Shown here piece after piece: positions 27,914 to 41,552 of a stretch of DNA of 64,000 bases. The notes under the pieces were generated by a model. That model was not told the DNA's origin. It made no database searches and saw nothing but the letters and a program-made list of their open reading frames with translations. Positions within the stretch are counted from its first letter, which is position 1; each line of letters begins with the position of its first letter. Made by a program: the position numbers and the translations under genes. The DNA comes from Tubiluchus corallicola (lineage: Eukaryota; Animalia; Priapulida). Location of the stretch: NCBI GenBank assembly GCA_030141605.1, contig JAQGDQ010000261.1, positions 255,724 to 319,723 of the forward strand, in the 5' to 3' direction.

Positions 27914-30900
27914 GTTTAACGACGTAACACAATTTACAATTGTTTCTACTAATTCGAATTCCTATTTCAAGTGATAAAGCAGCATTGTTAAATGTTGTCT
28001 TGAATATTAAGGCGTGTAAATTTTATGTTAAAATAAAGACAGTGTGTCCTCTCTGTGAAATGGACCTAAGATTACACAATTTTACTAAGACATTACTGAC
28101 ATGTTACTCTGTTTTGCCTCTATTATATGCTATAAAGCAGCATAGCTATGTAAATGCTGAAGTTAGAGTAACGAGCCTTCCAATAATAAAAAAATTCTAC
28201 ATTTATCTAACTTTTCAAAATGTTTGGAAGTGGAATACAGAAAATGAAAAGTAAAAAATGGTGTGGCGACAACAAGCAGCAAAAAAATTCGGCAGTGAAG
28301 CATTTGAAACCAGGCAGGCGCTACGATTGTGAAGGCGATGAAGCTAGTGAAACAGATTTAAATGTGAAAAAGAGGAGTTAGGGTTGGAAAAATTTTGCGA
28401 TGAAAAGGCTGAGGGAGAATCCAGATAATAGCTGAAATTACGAAAATGTGACTGTGCCTGACGACATACAACTTGCATCATGAATTCAATCAACACAAGC
28501 TGTACACAGGTACTTGACTACACTAAATTAGCATCGTGAGTCATTATACTTTATTGTAAAATTGTACGAGAAAACTTCAATTTTGGGGGTGTTGTGAGGA
28601 TCAAGAGAAAAGGGTTTGACCATCAAGGAGGGGGCTTATGAAAGTACTTTTGCTACGGGCGTCAAACTACCTACAGCCCACCCTGCGTTCTAAAGATGTA
28701 CAACCCAGTTTGCAAAAATACGAGATTCTCTGAGCTTCGGTAGACCTATTCGTCACTAACTTTAGACCACTGATCAAGATTTGTAGGTCAATGTTCTTTA
28801 TGATATCTATTCCCATTTCAGAAGTTTATGTATCAAGCTAGAAGCATAATCCCAGAAAATGTCACAAGTAGACAAATGTGTGCTCTTGGTAAAACATTTC
28901 AGAACACGATCAACACAGATCAATAGGTAATAAAAAGTTGCAGTTCAAAATGTATTAATGATGCATATAATAGTACAAGGTCTCTTTCGTGGATTTAGAT
29001 CCAACTGAATATTTATTAGATTAGGCTAGAAATCCCATTACCCAAAACCAAGAGAAGGTGCAAACACACAAGATAATGCAATGTCTTGGGCAAGGCAGAC
29101 GTCACAGGAACATAGTATCATGTACAAATATGAAAGCATTTACTAAGCATAAACTCATAGCACCATGTCAAAATAAATTAAAGCCGAAGTATTTAGCTTA
29201 GGACTGCAAACGTACGTAGATTACGCTAATACATGTAGCATTGGTTTGAAGGCGTTCGTAACCTACTTAACCTTTCGTGCATTATAGGACGATACGGCGA
29301 AATGCAAACAACCTATTTTTATCTGTCACAAAAAATATACAATAACTTAAACCAGTCGTTTACTTACGTTAACAAATTTAAGAGGAAAGCTGAAAATTCT
29401 AGGTTAAAAACATTGGTACGAAGGTGAGCTGACTAATTCTTCGCTGGTTTATCTCAAGAACGAGTGCGCATGCGTACGAAGGAATTCCGCATCCGGTAAC
29501 AACGGTCTCCTGATACCATGATATTAACTTCTTTAGTAAAAACGATTCCTGTACATTTCATTGACACTTTTATTGTTGCAAGAGGTCCGCCCAAAATTTC
29601 ATATAGTTTATTCTAACTTTGTAATAACCATGTGAAACTTTAGTTATTATCTTGTTAACACCATTTCAACGGCTTTGTCATTTCGAGACAAAAGAGTAAA
29701 TTTGATAAATTATATCCAAAATAGGAAAGCTAATAGCTGCGAAAATATTGGTTAATAATTAGATATTTATTATATTTGATATTATATTTAAAATATTAAC
29801 AACCTTAAGTCAACAGAAATTTCTGCATTTTCACTATGTTTAACTGCACAAGCAACACGAACTAAACGTAACTACACAAAAGACACTAGTAATGTTATTG
29901 ATTTTAAACAGCCTTGCCAAATAATACAGAGTTAGTAAGGATGTCGCTTTTGGAAAATACTAGAATTTCACAAAACGTTAGAAGCTGGGAGAATTAATGG
30001 CTCAAATCTAGACTTAGTCAATCAGCAAAATTTTAAAAATTTAAAACTGTACAAAAAATAAAATTATGATCTAAGTTCTATCAGCGAAAGTATAATCATT
30101 ACTCTGGCAGCTAACTGTCAAAATTCAAATTTGCGTCTTTGTGATTTTAGTAGAAAGTCAAAGTTCATATTGTGACAATTCGAGCTCTCATACAAGAAAT
30201 TTAAAGCAATAATAATAATTATTAAAACCTATCTGAAAGCGTCTTCACTCTAGGTCTAATGTCATGCAACGAAAGATATCATGACAGCATGAATATTCCA
30301 ATACCACTAAATTGCACCCTCTTCCTTTTAATACATAACTTGATTAAAACTGCTTGTCTTCTTAGAGCCAGGCGATACTAAATGAAACTGAAGGAAACAG
30401 AGCGGAACAGAAGAAAACACAACAGAACCAAAAAAGGAATGAGATTAGAGAAGGACAGTGCCAACTAAAATCATATAATGCAGCAGAACAGTTTATTAAT
30501 GTTGTTTTTAACTAATATTTGAATGCATCTGTACAGTATACGTTAATTACCTCACAAATTTCAACTCATAAAATTCATTAGCATAATCAACGTATTCAAT
30601 AGAAATGCATGTGCAAAAATTGTGCATGTACACTAATAATTATCTCGCATTATTTCTAAACGTGAGTGTGTATCAAGTCCTCTGTTTAAAATTCCTTACA
30701 ACCCCCACCCTAGTGATTTAAACGTCTTGGTCCAATTTGCAGCGTATCTAAAACGTCCATTGCGTTTAAAGGAAGAACAAACCCTCGAACAACATTTATT
30801 GCATTTTAAAATACAATGAGAAATACTGAAATCACCACACAATATATGCGCATAGAATGCTTTGCTTAAAAATGTAAAAGAACTTTAAATGCTTCTCATC

Positions 30901-32626
30901 TCCCACCAAACGAACGTTGATGCAGGCATATTTAAAAAAAATGACGTAAGCTGGTGTCTGCTGGGCAGCGTGAATGCTGTGAAAGCAAGCTGTGTGAAGG
31001 TACGTATTGAGAAATTTCTACAGTTCACTCAGAAGTTCAGTTATTCATGCGTTGTATTTAACTGTGTTTGATCAATTGTGACCAAGATTAAGATGGTTAC
31101 ATAGCTTTAACCCGCAGGATTATGCCGCAAAATGTGTAAATAGTATACACTGATTGCTTAAATGTAGTTAACTTACATTCTTTTGTTTGACTTTCAGATA
31201 CACATGTAAACTTGCGAGCATACAGTAGGCACCGAGTGGGAGTTTATAGAGTTCGCTCTATAAGTAAAAAAAGATTGCTGAAGCACTTAGCAGAATAATT
31301 GTTTATGTTTTTCACCAAAATGAGCACGCCCAAGTGTGAAGTGATCGCGATTTTAAATTAAAATTATTAATTATACGACGCGATTATCACAATTTCTTAG
31401 CTGAAACTTTCTAACATTTTTCTGAAATATTAGAATAAGCTCAACTTCCCGAAAGACTTGGCTTTTGCTTTAAGCTTCATTAATATCCAACCTCCAGGCC
31501 TTGTGTCAAAATGCCACGTTGGGCCCAAATGTGCTTGTATTCAAAAGTCTTATGCCTAACATTCTCGAGTCTAAACATGCTGAATAACTGCCTATGTATC
31601 TCCTCATTTCATCTGGTAATTATTGCTGCTGCTGCTGCTGGTGGTGGTGGTGGTGGTGGTGGTGCTCCTAGTCTATTGCAGAGCTCAACATTGCTATTGT
31701 TGCAGTAAATATGGCGGTATAGATAGAGACATAAACTGACAACCAGGTACGCATACGGGTAGACAGACAGACATCATGTCAGGGAGTCCTGCTAAACGAC
31801 TAAATGTCCATCGTCCAAATGATTTATGTCCAAATGTCTGAAGGCCAAGTGTCATTACACAAGTGACCGTTGCGAAATTAACGCAGCACCGCACCATTCA
31901 AAATATGTCTTGTAAGACCTATGACTTTTCTGCTACTGTATGAGCACAGACATAACTAGATGATTATACATTAGATACTTTTCTATGCAGGAGAATATTG
32001 GCTATCCAATCATGCTATTTGTTTAAACATTTATAAGTGATTTGATTGGATAAAGTTAATGAAAAACACGCCCGTTTCAGGCTCCCTAACCTAGCTTATT
32101 GAGTAGCTTAGTCTGGTGTACACTTGCGTGATCGTACACACTTTTGTGTGAATGTTCATTGTGTGAGCCGTAGAAACTCACAAAAATGATCAAAATATTT
32201 ATTATAACGTAATCGCTGCTTAGTGAGCGCAGTTTTTCATGAACTCGTGCAAAATGCACCAATTTTTTACGGTCTTGAAGGAGTTAAAACAAATTTTGTA
32301 AGCTAGAGAAATGAGTTGCACTTTTTCTTTTTTTGGTCATTTGCAATCAGTGTTACTTGTACATTTGTCTCTATGACTGTGGAAGTTGGAATTGTGCATT
32401 GTAATTAGGTGCTGCCATCTATGTGCTAATCCTGTTACATTCTACCAGCTGACTTACCTTAAGTATAATTGTATGGTCCAGTGACTACATACACAATGGT
32501 CCTCCCCCTACCTAAAATTAATGGTTGTTGTGAAGCCTGCGCAACTCTGCATAGGTCAAGTTCTATACCTGTATACTGACTGTGAAACAGGTTTTACTGA
32601 CTGTTTTTGTTTTCTAGTTTTTGCTA

Positions 32627-32871
32627 CAGAGCCGGCCTTAAGCGTAGGCAAACTAGGCAACCGCCTAGGGCCTCACCCTCACTCACTCACTCACTCACTC
32701 ACTCACTCTCTCACTCACTCACTCACTCACTCACTCACTCACTCACTCACTCACTCACTCACTCAATTCTCTCTTTTTTTGCTGTTTCTCTGACATCTCT
32801 GTGTCTGTTTCTCTTCTGTCTCTGTCTATCTCTCTCTCTCCATCTCTCCCTTTTTCTCTCTTTCTCTCCCT

Positions 32872-32911
<40 letters not shown>

Positions 32912-33067
32912 TCCCTTTCTCTCTCTCTCTCTCTCTCGCCGCACGCCTTTTTTGAGAATTTTGTGCGTAATTTTATTTTTTTCGTATTTATTCTTTATTT
33001 TTCTATTTCATTTGGGGCCACTAAATTCACTTCGCCTAGGGCCTCCAATTACCCAAGGCCGGCCCTG
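32627..33067. mobile_element. hAT-like MITE carrying (CACT)n and (CT)n microsatellites
   Basis: TIR CAGAGCCGGCCTT / AAGGCCGGCCCTG, subterminal cgcctagggcctc at both ends; TSD imperfect. Confidence 0.7.
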
Positions 33068-34660
33068 CTTGCTCAATGTTCAGTGCAGCAGTTTGCTACT
33101 CATGTTTTCTGTAGATTAATAAACACTTTTCTGTTGTGTGCAGTGCAAATATTTATTATAGATTTTTGGTTCCTATTCATACTTCTGTGTCTAAACTCAA
33201 TCATAACAAAGTGACTGAACAACAACTTCAAAAATGACTTTCACAATGACTTTGCAAGCTCATCGGCAGCTTATAGGCCACAATAAAAAAAACAAAGACT
33301 TTTTATTAGTTATTTTAATCAACAGACAGAATAATGGCATAATCAATGGTAGAATCGTACAATGATTTTATAAACTCAATAATGAAATGCTTTGCTTAAT
33401 AGCTTTACCTCTTATCTCATACAGTTGTTTGTTTTTTGTTTCTTGATAACAAATCCTTATTACAAACACACCAATTAAAAAAACAACATTTTGAAAGTTC
33501 AGCAGTCAACAGAACAAGTTTAAATTATCCAAAAATAATAATTTTGCGATCATTAATTTTAATAATAATAATAATAGTCCCGTTCTCACAGTTTTGATGT
33601 TACAATCGAACCACAACTCTCCATTATGAATCGCTAGGACACTGCTGAAGTCTTACAGACTTACACAGCTTTTAGAATTTTGTACAAATATATATGGCCT
33701 GCGTACTTACTATCCAGGCCTTTTAAATTATTTTCGAACAGGGCCAATAGGCCTACGTCGTGCGTGCGTGCGTGCACGCTGTGTGTACGCATGCATATTA
33801 AGCATACAAGCGCACGCATACGTCACAAACATGCACACACACAAGAAGTTAGTCGCTTACAAATACTGCAATGTATCATAGGCCAATGAGTTAAATAGCA
33901 GGGTTATAATTAATGGGGGTACATAGTTAGTATGAATAGCAAATAACATGCATTAATTGCAATAGAAAGGGAACGAGTCTTTTTATAAAAAAGTTTCAAG
34001 AGCGCGTAGAATCCTTAGATAGTAAAAGTGTGACGTGCAAGTGTAAAAAATTAATATATAATTATAAAAAAGTGAATGACGTAACATCTAAAGTAATTTC
34101 AAAGATTATAAAATACATAGTTTACAATAAAATTGATTTTATAGACAAAATATGCACAAGATAGTAACAATTCATCAAGCCTCTCTTTCAATATAGCTAA
34201 ACTAAGATGATACGAAATCATCGTGCCTGTGACGTCATGTCATTCCTGTAAAACGCTATCTATACACAGTAATGCTTACTTTTGTAATAGACCAAATAAA
34301 ACGCTTTGTGTATTTGTCCACTAGGGGGCTAAGGGTCACATTGCTAAAATTTGCACGCATTACAAATTGATACCAAAATGGAACAAAACGCACGTAGCAA
34401 AACACACAATAAACAAAATACCATAAAAAGTGCTGCTAACTTTTAATGATATAATTATTCACTAAAGATTATTTTTTCACTATATAGATCGAAAAATGCG
34501 ACAATAGAATGATGTAGATGTCGCTCGTTTTCAAAGGGGAAAGTAGTCTAGCTGCAACCATGTGCCCATAGCGAGCAGTCGGTCAGCCAGTAGGTTCACA
34601 ACAAATCTGCATTTAACAGGTAAAAGCGAAACACAGGGGAAGTCAACAAGCAGCAGAAAT

Positions 34661-35063
34661 AAGGCTCTTCACAGTTTCGTTGTGCGCATGCGCAGTTCTT
34701 GCAGGTGAAGGGTTAAGTGTACCACAGCAACGCTTCTTAACCACAACTGTCATGTGACATGTGGGTAAAGCATACCTGCCTGCCACGTCATTTCAGTAAT
34801 TTCAGTTGTTTTACATGGACTTTACTTAATTTCTTGATTGTGTATTAGTGTGTGGATAAACAGATTTACTAGCAGGATCTTGCTTGGGAACAAGAAAAAT
34901 GAACTAGGTGAGGTTCTAGCTAGCTGTTAAGACATGTCAAAACTGTTACTGTTCCAACAGCATGGGCTGTAAGACATTATCAAGTGTACAAAAATGCGTT
35001 GTCTGATACACTTGACCATTGACCTCACGTTCATCATCAATCTTTGGAACTGTGAAAAGGCTT
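34661..35063 (-). mobile_element. MITE-like family A copy
   Basis: Reverse-complement match to 7321-7695; ends aactgtgaaaaggctt. Confidence 0.72.
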
Positions 35064-35634
35064 ACTGGGTAGAAAAGTCTAGATGCACACGTAAATGTCA
35101 AACAAAACCTATACATGCCACAGCAATCATACAACACAGTGATAGATAATTAATTAAGGTGACATTTTATCTGATGCTTGCAGATAGTTCGTTTCAAGTA
35201 AAGACAAAAGACAACAAAAAACTAAGTGCCAAGCAAGCTTTCACATTTTTTATTTTTCAGCAGCATAATTGATAAGCTAAACAATTTGAAAGTGTACTAA
35301 ATCTATACAATGCTGCGGTCTCCTGAACAAAGAAATTAAGATATTTCTTGCAATTGCTGACAACAGCTACAACAACTAAACAAGTTGGGCTAACAGAAGT
35401 TTGTTACAAGACGAAAGTCGACAAAGTAGTCGTAGGAAGAACGAACTAGGTACAGAAGATGCTAACACATGCACAAGGAATGACATGACTGAATGCACAA
35501 ATTGGCAAATTGCGCGCGCGCTTTCCTGACTAATTCGCAACACCGTTCTCTATCGTCCGTCGAATAAGTTAGTAGCGATAAAATGTAAAAAAACTTAATA
35601 ATTTATTTGGCCTCAGCCATCGTGTGACCTGTAT

Positions 35635-35721
35635 TTAAGTGACTAGCTCATAAAATAAGTAACCAATTGCAGCGTTAATGCTAAGAAGAAGCATCGCCAA
35701 ACGGTGACGGTAAAACCAGTT
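35635..35721 (-). CDS. JPH: Junctophilin last coding exon (C-terminal ER/SR transmembrane anchor)
   Basis: Acceptor ttttttctttcag|AAC, phase 0. Reads NWFYRHRLAMLLLSINAAIGYLFYELVT-stop, resembling the junctophilin tail ...LNIGLAILFVHLLT-stop. Confidence 0.9.
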   Translation of the reverse strand, partial: NWFYRHRLAMLLLSINAAIGYLFYELVT

Positions 35722-36692
35722 CTGAAAGAAAAAACAACATCGCATTTAATTACACTGAATTCACATTTACCATGAAACCTGCAATTAGCGTCAAAGCATC
35801 AATTGCATGGAGCATTTCTTAGCTAATTAATTAAACGTAGTGCGTTCTAAACACACCACCATTTTTGCTAAGGAATAGCTGGGTCTAAGTACCGTGTCTC
35901 AGTGTTTTCATTTGAACAGGAGTTTCTCAACTTAAGTACATTAATTTTGATGTGGGTCTACCTGCAAAATCAAAATTAAAGCACTGAAGTCCGGAAATTC
36001 CTGTTGAAAATAAAGCGATACCGAGATTTGGTATTTCAAATATTAGCTTGTTCTAAACTAAAGAACCCGCTGTTACTGCTGTTATTAGTTTTCAAAGGCA
36101 ACAGAAATGAGCATAAAATTAATGATTTTTAACAATTATGTATAGATTATGCAATGTAAGCAAAAGGTCCACCTTTGAGATCGCAGCCGCAGTACAACCT
36201 TTCATCATTTTCCATCTTTATCGAAATTTTATTAATTTTTGGTTTGTAACATCATTATAATTGTTTAAGGGAAAGGTCAATCTTCTAGGAAGTTAAGTTT
36301 ATTTTAATGTTTGCAAAAAATGTTAGAAGGATATAGTAATAAAACTGTTTAAATTTTGAATTAGTTTAAGCAGTGCGCGTTTACGGAAAGCCATGACGCG
36401 CTTACGAAAATTCACGAAGTCTCGATGATTTTCAACTGAATGGCGGCAACCACCACACCTTAAAATTTCTATTCAGATATAGTATATTTTAATACATGCT
36501 TTATAGACAATTGTTTGCAAATTTATTTATTATTATATTTTTTTAAGTTTAGGTGATAATAGTAAAATAAACCAACATGTTAAGTGCTTTATTCTTTCCT
36601 TTAAATTTCCTAGCCCTTATTAATAATTCTGAACTATGAAAGGTTACATTTTAGTAATGGCTTCTGAAAGGTATCAGAATACCTATGCTTAC

Positions 36693-38056
36693 CCTGACAC
36701 TGGATCTGAAGAGAAAGAATGTTTTTGCTTCTTTTTCCTGGAACGCCAGTTCTGATCGGACCTCTTCTCTGCGTAAGGCACTAAGAACTGATATCTCCTC
36801 CCGGGTAAATGCCGGCTTCTTCACCACAGTGAGGTTATGAGCATCTGGAAGACTTTTTCTACGACCGCTCTTGTATTCGCTGACGGGCTCCAAGACAATG
36901 TGTGATGGCAGTTGGTCTGCTTCTGGAGACTTTTGTGTTTCTGCTTTGATTCGTTTTCTTATTGTACCATCTATGACATACGGTTGCTTACGTGCCAACA
37001 CCGTGTCATCAGCAGATGTTCGCAAGTTCCTGTGTGCTTCCATTTCGTGACTTGTATTGGTTTCCACCATGTCTAAATTCATGATAGCTGGAAGTGTTTT
37101 TCTTCGATCTTCAACGTCATCCCTCATATGTCTTCCAAATTCGTCCGACGCTTCCGATACTCCAGAAACTCCAGAATCCGGTGTCCAATCTGAGCTGTTT
37201 GGATGCGCAAATCTGCTTGCTTCATGACCTAGTGCACGAATGTGAGTGGGCCTTGCCCGGGGTTCATTAGGATGGCCCATCTGTCTTCTAATATCTCCAT
37301 CATCAAACCTGTCATAAGGATACTGTTCTGTGCTGTAGGCCTTCTGGCTCAAGTACGGTCTTGAGTGATAGTCGTGGTCTGATGTGGCAGAACGATGCTT
37401 CAAGTAAGGCCTATCACCTCGCATACCGTAATGCTCGTCATCGTAACCATCATACCTTCTGTCATGTCGATCAAATGATCTATCATAATCATAATCATTA
37501 TACCTATAAGATCCGGGATCCTTATCATGAGACTCTCTATTGTAATAAGGTTCATGTTTGTTTCTATCCATCATTGGTGGCCTCTGATCATATCTTGCGC
37601 CACTACTATACATGTCTTTGTTACCATGCGCTCTGCTGTCCATCCGTCTATTGTCTAACCTTCTATCGTCGAGTCGGCCTTTATATGAGTCATGTAGTTC
37701 TTCTGGTTTAGGATATCGCTGATTTGGATGATGCATCTGTGGCATATTCTGAGCAGGCGCTACATGTAAACTTCCGACTTTCTCATCTGGAAAGCCTAGA
37801 CGCTGTGAACTTTTTTCCTGGTTAACATTAATCGTAGGTACGAGTAGGGATAGTTCCTCACTTTCTGGACTGCTGACATTTGTTACTGGGTAGTGATTTG
37901 GCACAGGTAAAGATTGGTCGCTAAGCTGTGATGGCCCATGGTGCTGAGGCTGAAAATTATGTGCGGCACCCATAGAAGGGAGGTCAGGATGCAGACTAGA
38001 CATTTTTTGTCGGTCATCGGCAACTGCTGGACGTGTTGTCCGTGTTACATCTGGAC
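36693..38056 (-). CDS. JPH: Junctophilin large exon (divergent region)
   Basis: Acceptor ctctttcacag|GTCCAGAT continues QPG-PD in frame with the 450-aa ORF 36651..38003. Donor GTCAGG|gtaagc, phase 0. Ends ...FTREEISVLSALRREEVR...FLFRSSVR. Confidence 0.9.
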
Positions 38057-38479
38057 CTGTGAAAGAGTCAGAACTAATTTACATACGTGTGACAACTTGA
38101 CAACAGGTGCAAAACTAAGCAAGAAAACACAGTTTACATTACTTTGTTAATTTCATCGATTCTTGCATTATTCGTTTAAGCGTTGAATGTTACGCTATGT
38201 TAAAAAGCTTGTTGTCAGTCTTGCAAATATTGTGCTTATCTTGGAACAGCAACAGCAGTAGGTAAGGTAAGGTAATGGTAGAGGTAAGAGGTACAGAGAA
38301 AGACCGAAAAGGCATGGTCAAGTTGCCCGTTTAAGAAGGTGAGTAGTCTGATGGATCAAAAACCATTTTTGCGTCAACTTAGTAGGGTAGGTCAAAGCGT
38401 GACATGCCATTGTTATATTCAACAATGATTTCTCAAAAGGCTACAAAGAGGTTGTGGATTAGAGGAAAGCTGGGGAAGG

Positions 38480-39455
38480 TAAAGTACAGTATGGCATAAC
38501 AGGCTAAGGGAGAACGTAATAGAGCAAATGGAGCAGAGCAAGGAAGAGCAAGCACGCCAAAAAAGGGAGACCAGAGCAGAGAAGAGTAGGCACACCAGAA
38601 AGACAGAACAGAGAAGAGCAGGTAGACAAGAAAATTGAGAACAGAGTAGAGCAGAAGAGGCATGCCAGAAAAAGGAGAGCAAAGCAGAGAAGAGTAGGCA
38701 CACTAGAACGACAGAGCAGAGGAAGGAAGGGCAGGTACACCAGAAAAGTGAGAGTAGAGCAGAGAAGACGAGGAACACCAGAAAAGAGAGAGCAGAACAG
38801 AGAAGAGCAGACCCCCTAGAAAGGGGAGAGCAGAGCAGAGAAGAGCAGGTACACCAGAAAAGGGAGAGCAGAGCAGAGAAGAGAAGGTGCGCTAGAAAGG
38901 GAGAGCAGAGCAGAGTAGAGAAGAGCAGGCACACCAGAAAGAGATAGCAGAGCAGAGAAGAGAAGGTATATCAGAAAGAGAGAACAAAGCAGGGAAGAGC
39001 AGGCACACCAGAAATAGAGAGCAAAGCAGAGAAGAGAAAGTGCATCAGAAAGGGAGAGCAAAGCAGAGAAGAGAAGGTATATCAGAAAGAGAGAACAAAG
39101 CAGGGAAGAGCAGGCACACCAGAAATAGAGAGCAAAGCAGAGAAGAGAAAGTGCATCAGAAAGGGAGAGCAAAGCAGAGAAGAGAAAGTGCATCAGAAAG
39201 GGAGAGTAGAGCAAAGAAGAGTAGGTACACCAGAAAAGTGAGAGTAGAACAGAGAAGACGAGGAACACCAGAAAAGAGAGAGCAGAGCAGAGAAGAGCAG
39301 ACCCCCTAGAAAGGGGAGAGCAGAACAGAGAAGAGAAGGGTAAAGCAGAACAACAATGAGTAGGGAGGCATAGGGGCTGTAAGAACAAAGCAGAGCAGGG
39401 CACAGCAGAAAGAAGTAGAATAAGGAAGTTAAGAGCAGAGCGAAACAGAATAGAG
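38480..39455. repeat. AG-rich degenerate tandem repeat in junctophilin intron
   Basis: Recurring agagcagagaagag...caccagaaa units. Confidence 0.85.
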
Positions 39456-39542
39456 TATATCATAGTAGACATCAATTAGGTAAGGCAAGGGAGAATAAGA
39501 TTTAAGCTCACCGTATTTCATTAGTAATAAACTTTTATTTAC

Positions 39543-40262
39543 TTCACTAATGCAGTAAAGTTGACCTGTCAATAATTATCTCACCTTTCACTAATGCAGT
39601 AAAGCTGACCTGTCAATAATTATCTCACCTTTCAATAAGGCAGTAAAGCAGACCTGTCAATAATTATCTCACCTTTCACTAATGCAGTAAAGCTGACTTG
39701 TCAATAATTATCTCACCTTTCACTAATGCAGTAAAGCTGACCTGTCAATAATTATCTCACCTTTCACTAATGCAGTAAAGCTGACCTGTCAATAATTATC
39801 TCACCTTTCACTAATGCACTAAAGCTGACCTGTCAATAATTGTCTCACCTTTCACTAATGCACTAAAGCTAACCTGTCAATAATTAATTCACCTTTCAAT
39901 AAGGCAGTAAAGCTGACCTGTCAATAATTATCTCACCTTTCACTAATGTAAAAAAAGCTGACCCGTCAGTAATTATCTCACCGTTCACTAATGCAGTAAA
40001 GCTGACCTGTCAATAATTATCTCACCTTTCACTAATGCAGTAAAGCTGACCTGTCAATAATTATCTCACCTTTCACTAATGCAGTAAAGCTGACCTGTCA
40101 ATAATTATCTCACCTTTCAATAATGCAGTAAAGCTGACCTGTCAATAATTATCTCACCTTTCACTAATGCAAAAAAACCTGACCGGTCAATAATTATCTC
40201 ACATTTCACTAATGAATTAAAGCTGACCTGTCAATAATTATCTCACCTTTCACTAAGGCAGT
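39543..40262. repeat. 44-bp satellite, block left of the retrotransposon, about 16 copies
   Basis: ctcacctttcactaatgcagtaaagctgacctgtcaataattat. Confidence 0.97.
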
Positions 40263-40509
40263 TGTTATGACCCGCCTGCCGATTTTAGTTTAAACGCCAG
40301 GTTGGCTTCTCACCTGTGTTCTGTACCTGCTTTTGACCTAGTTAGTTAGTTGTTATTGAGGGGGGAAGTAATGGCGGCTGCTCAGGACGACAGCCCTGAT
40401 GTTTTGTTTTTGTTTTTCTTGTGTTTACTGGCAATAAAAATGAAGTAATGTTTAAAATGCATCTCCGTGTATTCACCATGTTTTGTGTAACCAATTCCAA
40501 CTCATAACA
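40263..40509 (+). repeat. 5' LTR, 247 bp
   Basis: 7-bp terminal inverted repeat TGTTATG/CATAACA, internal AATAAA near 40433, first 48 bp repeated at 46247-46294. Confidence 0.88.
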
Positions 40510-40512
40510 AAG

Positions 40513-40532
40513 TGGGGGCTCGAAGCCGGAAT
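40513..40532 (+). promoter_or_regulatory. Primer binding site, tRNA-Pro-like
   Basis: TGGGGGCTCGAAGCCGGAAT begins 3 nt after the LTR; the first 10 nt match the canonical tRNA-Pro PBS TGGGGGCTCGTCCGGGAT. Confidence 0.8.
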
Positions 40533-41552
40533 GAATCAACCGACGAGTTGCAATGAATTTCGTCTGGACGCTTGTCGTTTTAATTACTGTGCAACGTCAC
40601 GATGAATTTTTTTGTGTTGATGCTAAATCTTTAATTCCACGGTTAATAAAGCTGACAATGGACAAACTGTAAGTTACGGCTCATTTTTCTACACAGTAAC
40701 TGTTTGATGTCGTCTGATTTATCATCATATCAAGTATGAACTGTCTCTGTCTGTTCGTCTGTCAGTGTCTGGAAATATTCGCATATTCGCTCATTGGAAA
40801 ATTCCGAATTACTGAGAAACGTTGCTAACATGATGAAGTATACAAACTTCATACTAATATAAAGCATCTCTAAAGTACATGAGAAATGTGTAGAGGTCAC
40901 GAAGTTCTGTTGCTACAAGTGAACTATGAATAATGTTTCGACAAACGTTATACTCGAATTCAGGATTATGCTTTTGTGAATTTCTGGGTAAAAACGAGAC
41001 AAATTTCATTCTGCGTTGCGGGAATTCTGCATAAAATACTGTGGGTAACAATCGTCTGTGTTTCCTGGAACTGAGCCAAGTAGCTGCGTTAGACTAGGGA
41101 TAACGACCTTGAGGCTACAAGCGTGTACGTATAGGTCGGGGGCTACTGTCAAATCGTCGCAGGTATATCTACAGATTAGTACAAGCTATACCGAAACTCG
41201 TATCACGTGAGGAAGCCAGCTAGACAAGCAGTGCATTGATCAGAGATATTTCCACACAAGTACTGCAGTAGTAAAGGAAAAAAACGAATGATATTTATTG
41301 GACTCATTGATTTTGTTTTAAAGCAGTTTGGTGAACAATTTGCAATCTTGTTAATTATCACCTAACGCTTTCTTTTACTAGGCTAATTGCACTACTATTG
41401 TTACGCTTACGTGTGCTCCCCCACGGATAACTTGCCCAAGGGGTGCCTAATCGGTATTGTTGAAAGTTAAGTATTGTACAGTACGTTGTGTAGCTAGTTG
41501 GTAGGCTTGTGTCATAAAGTTATATTGTAGTAATTGTACTAATTACTGAACT

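Noticed and set aside
32521-33214. SLTH- and LS-repeat ORFs
   Set aside because: Microsatellites within a MITE.
36651-38003. Stand-alone 450-aa gene
   Set aside because: It is an internal junctophilin exon; splice sites at 38056 and 36693 replace the ORF start and stop.
38419-39475. Leu/Ser/Cys-rich membrane-like ORFs
   Set aside because: Products of an AG-rich degenerate repeat inside an intron.
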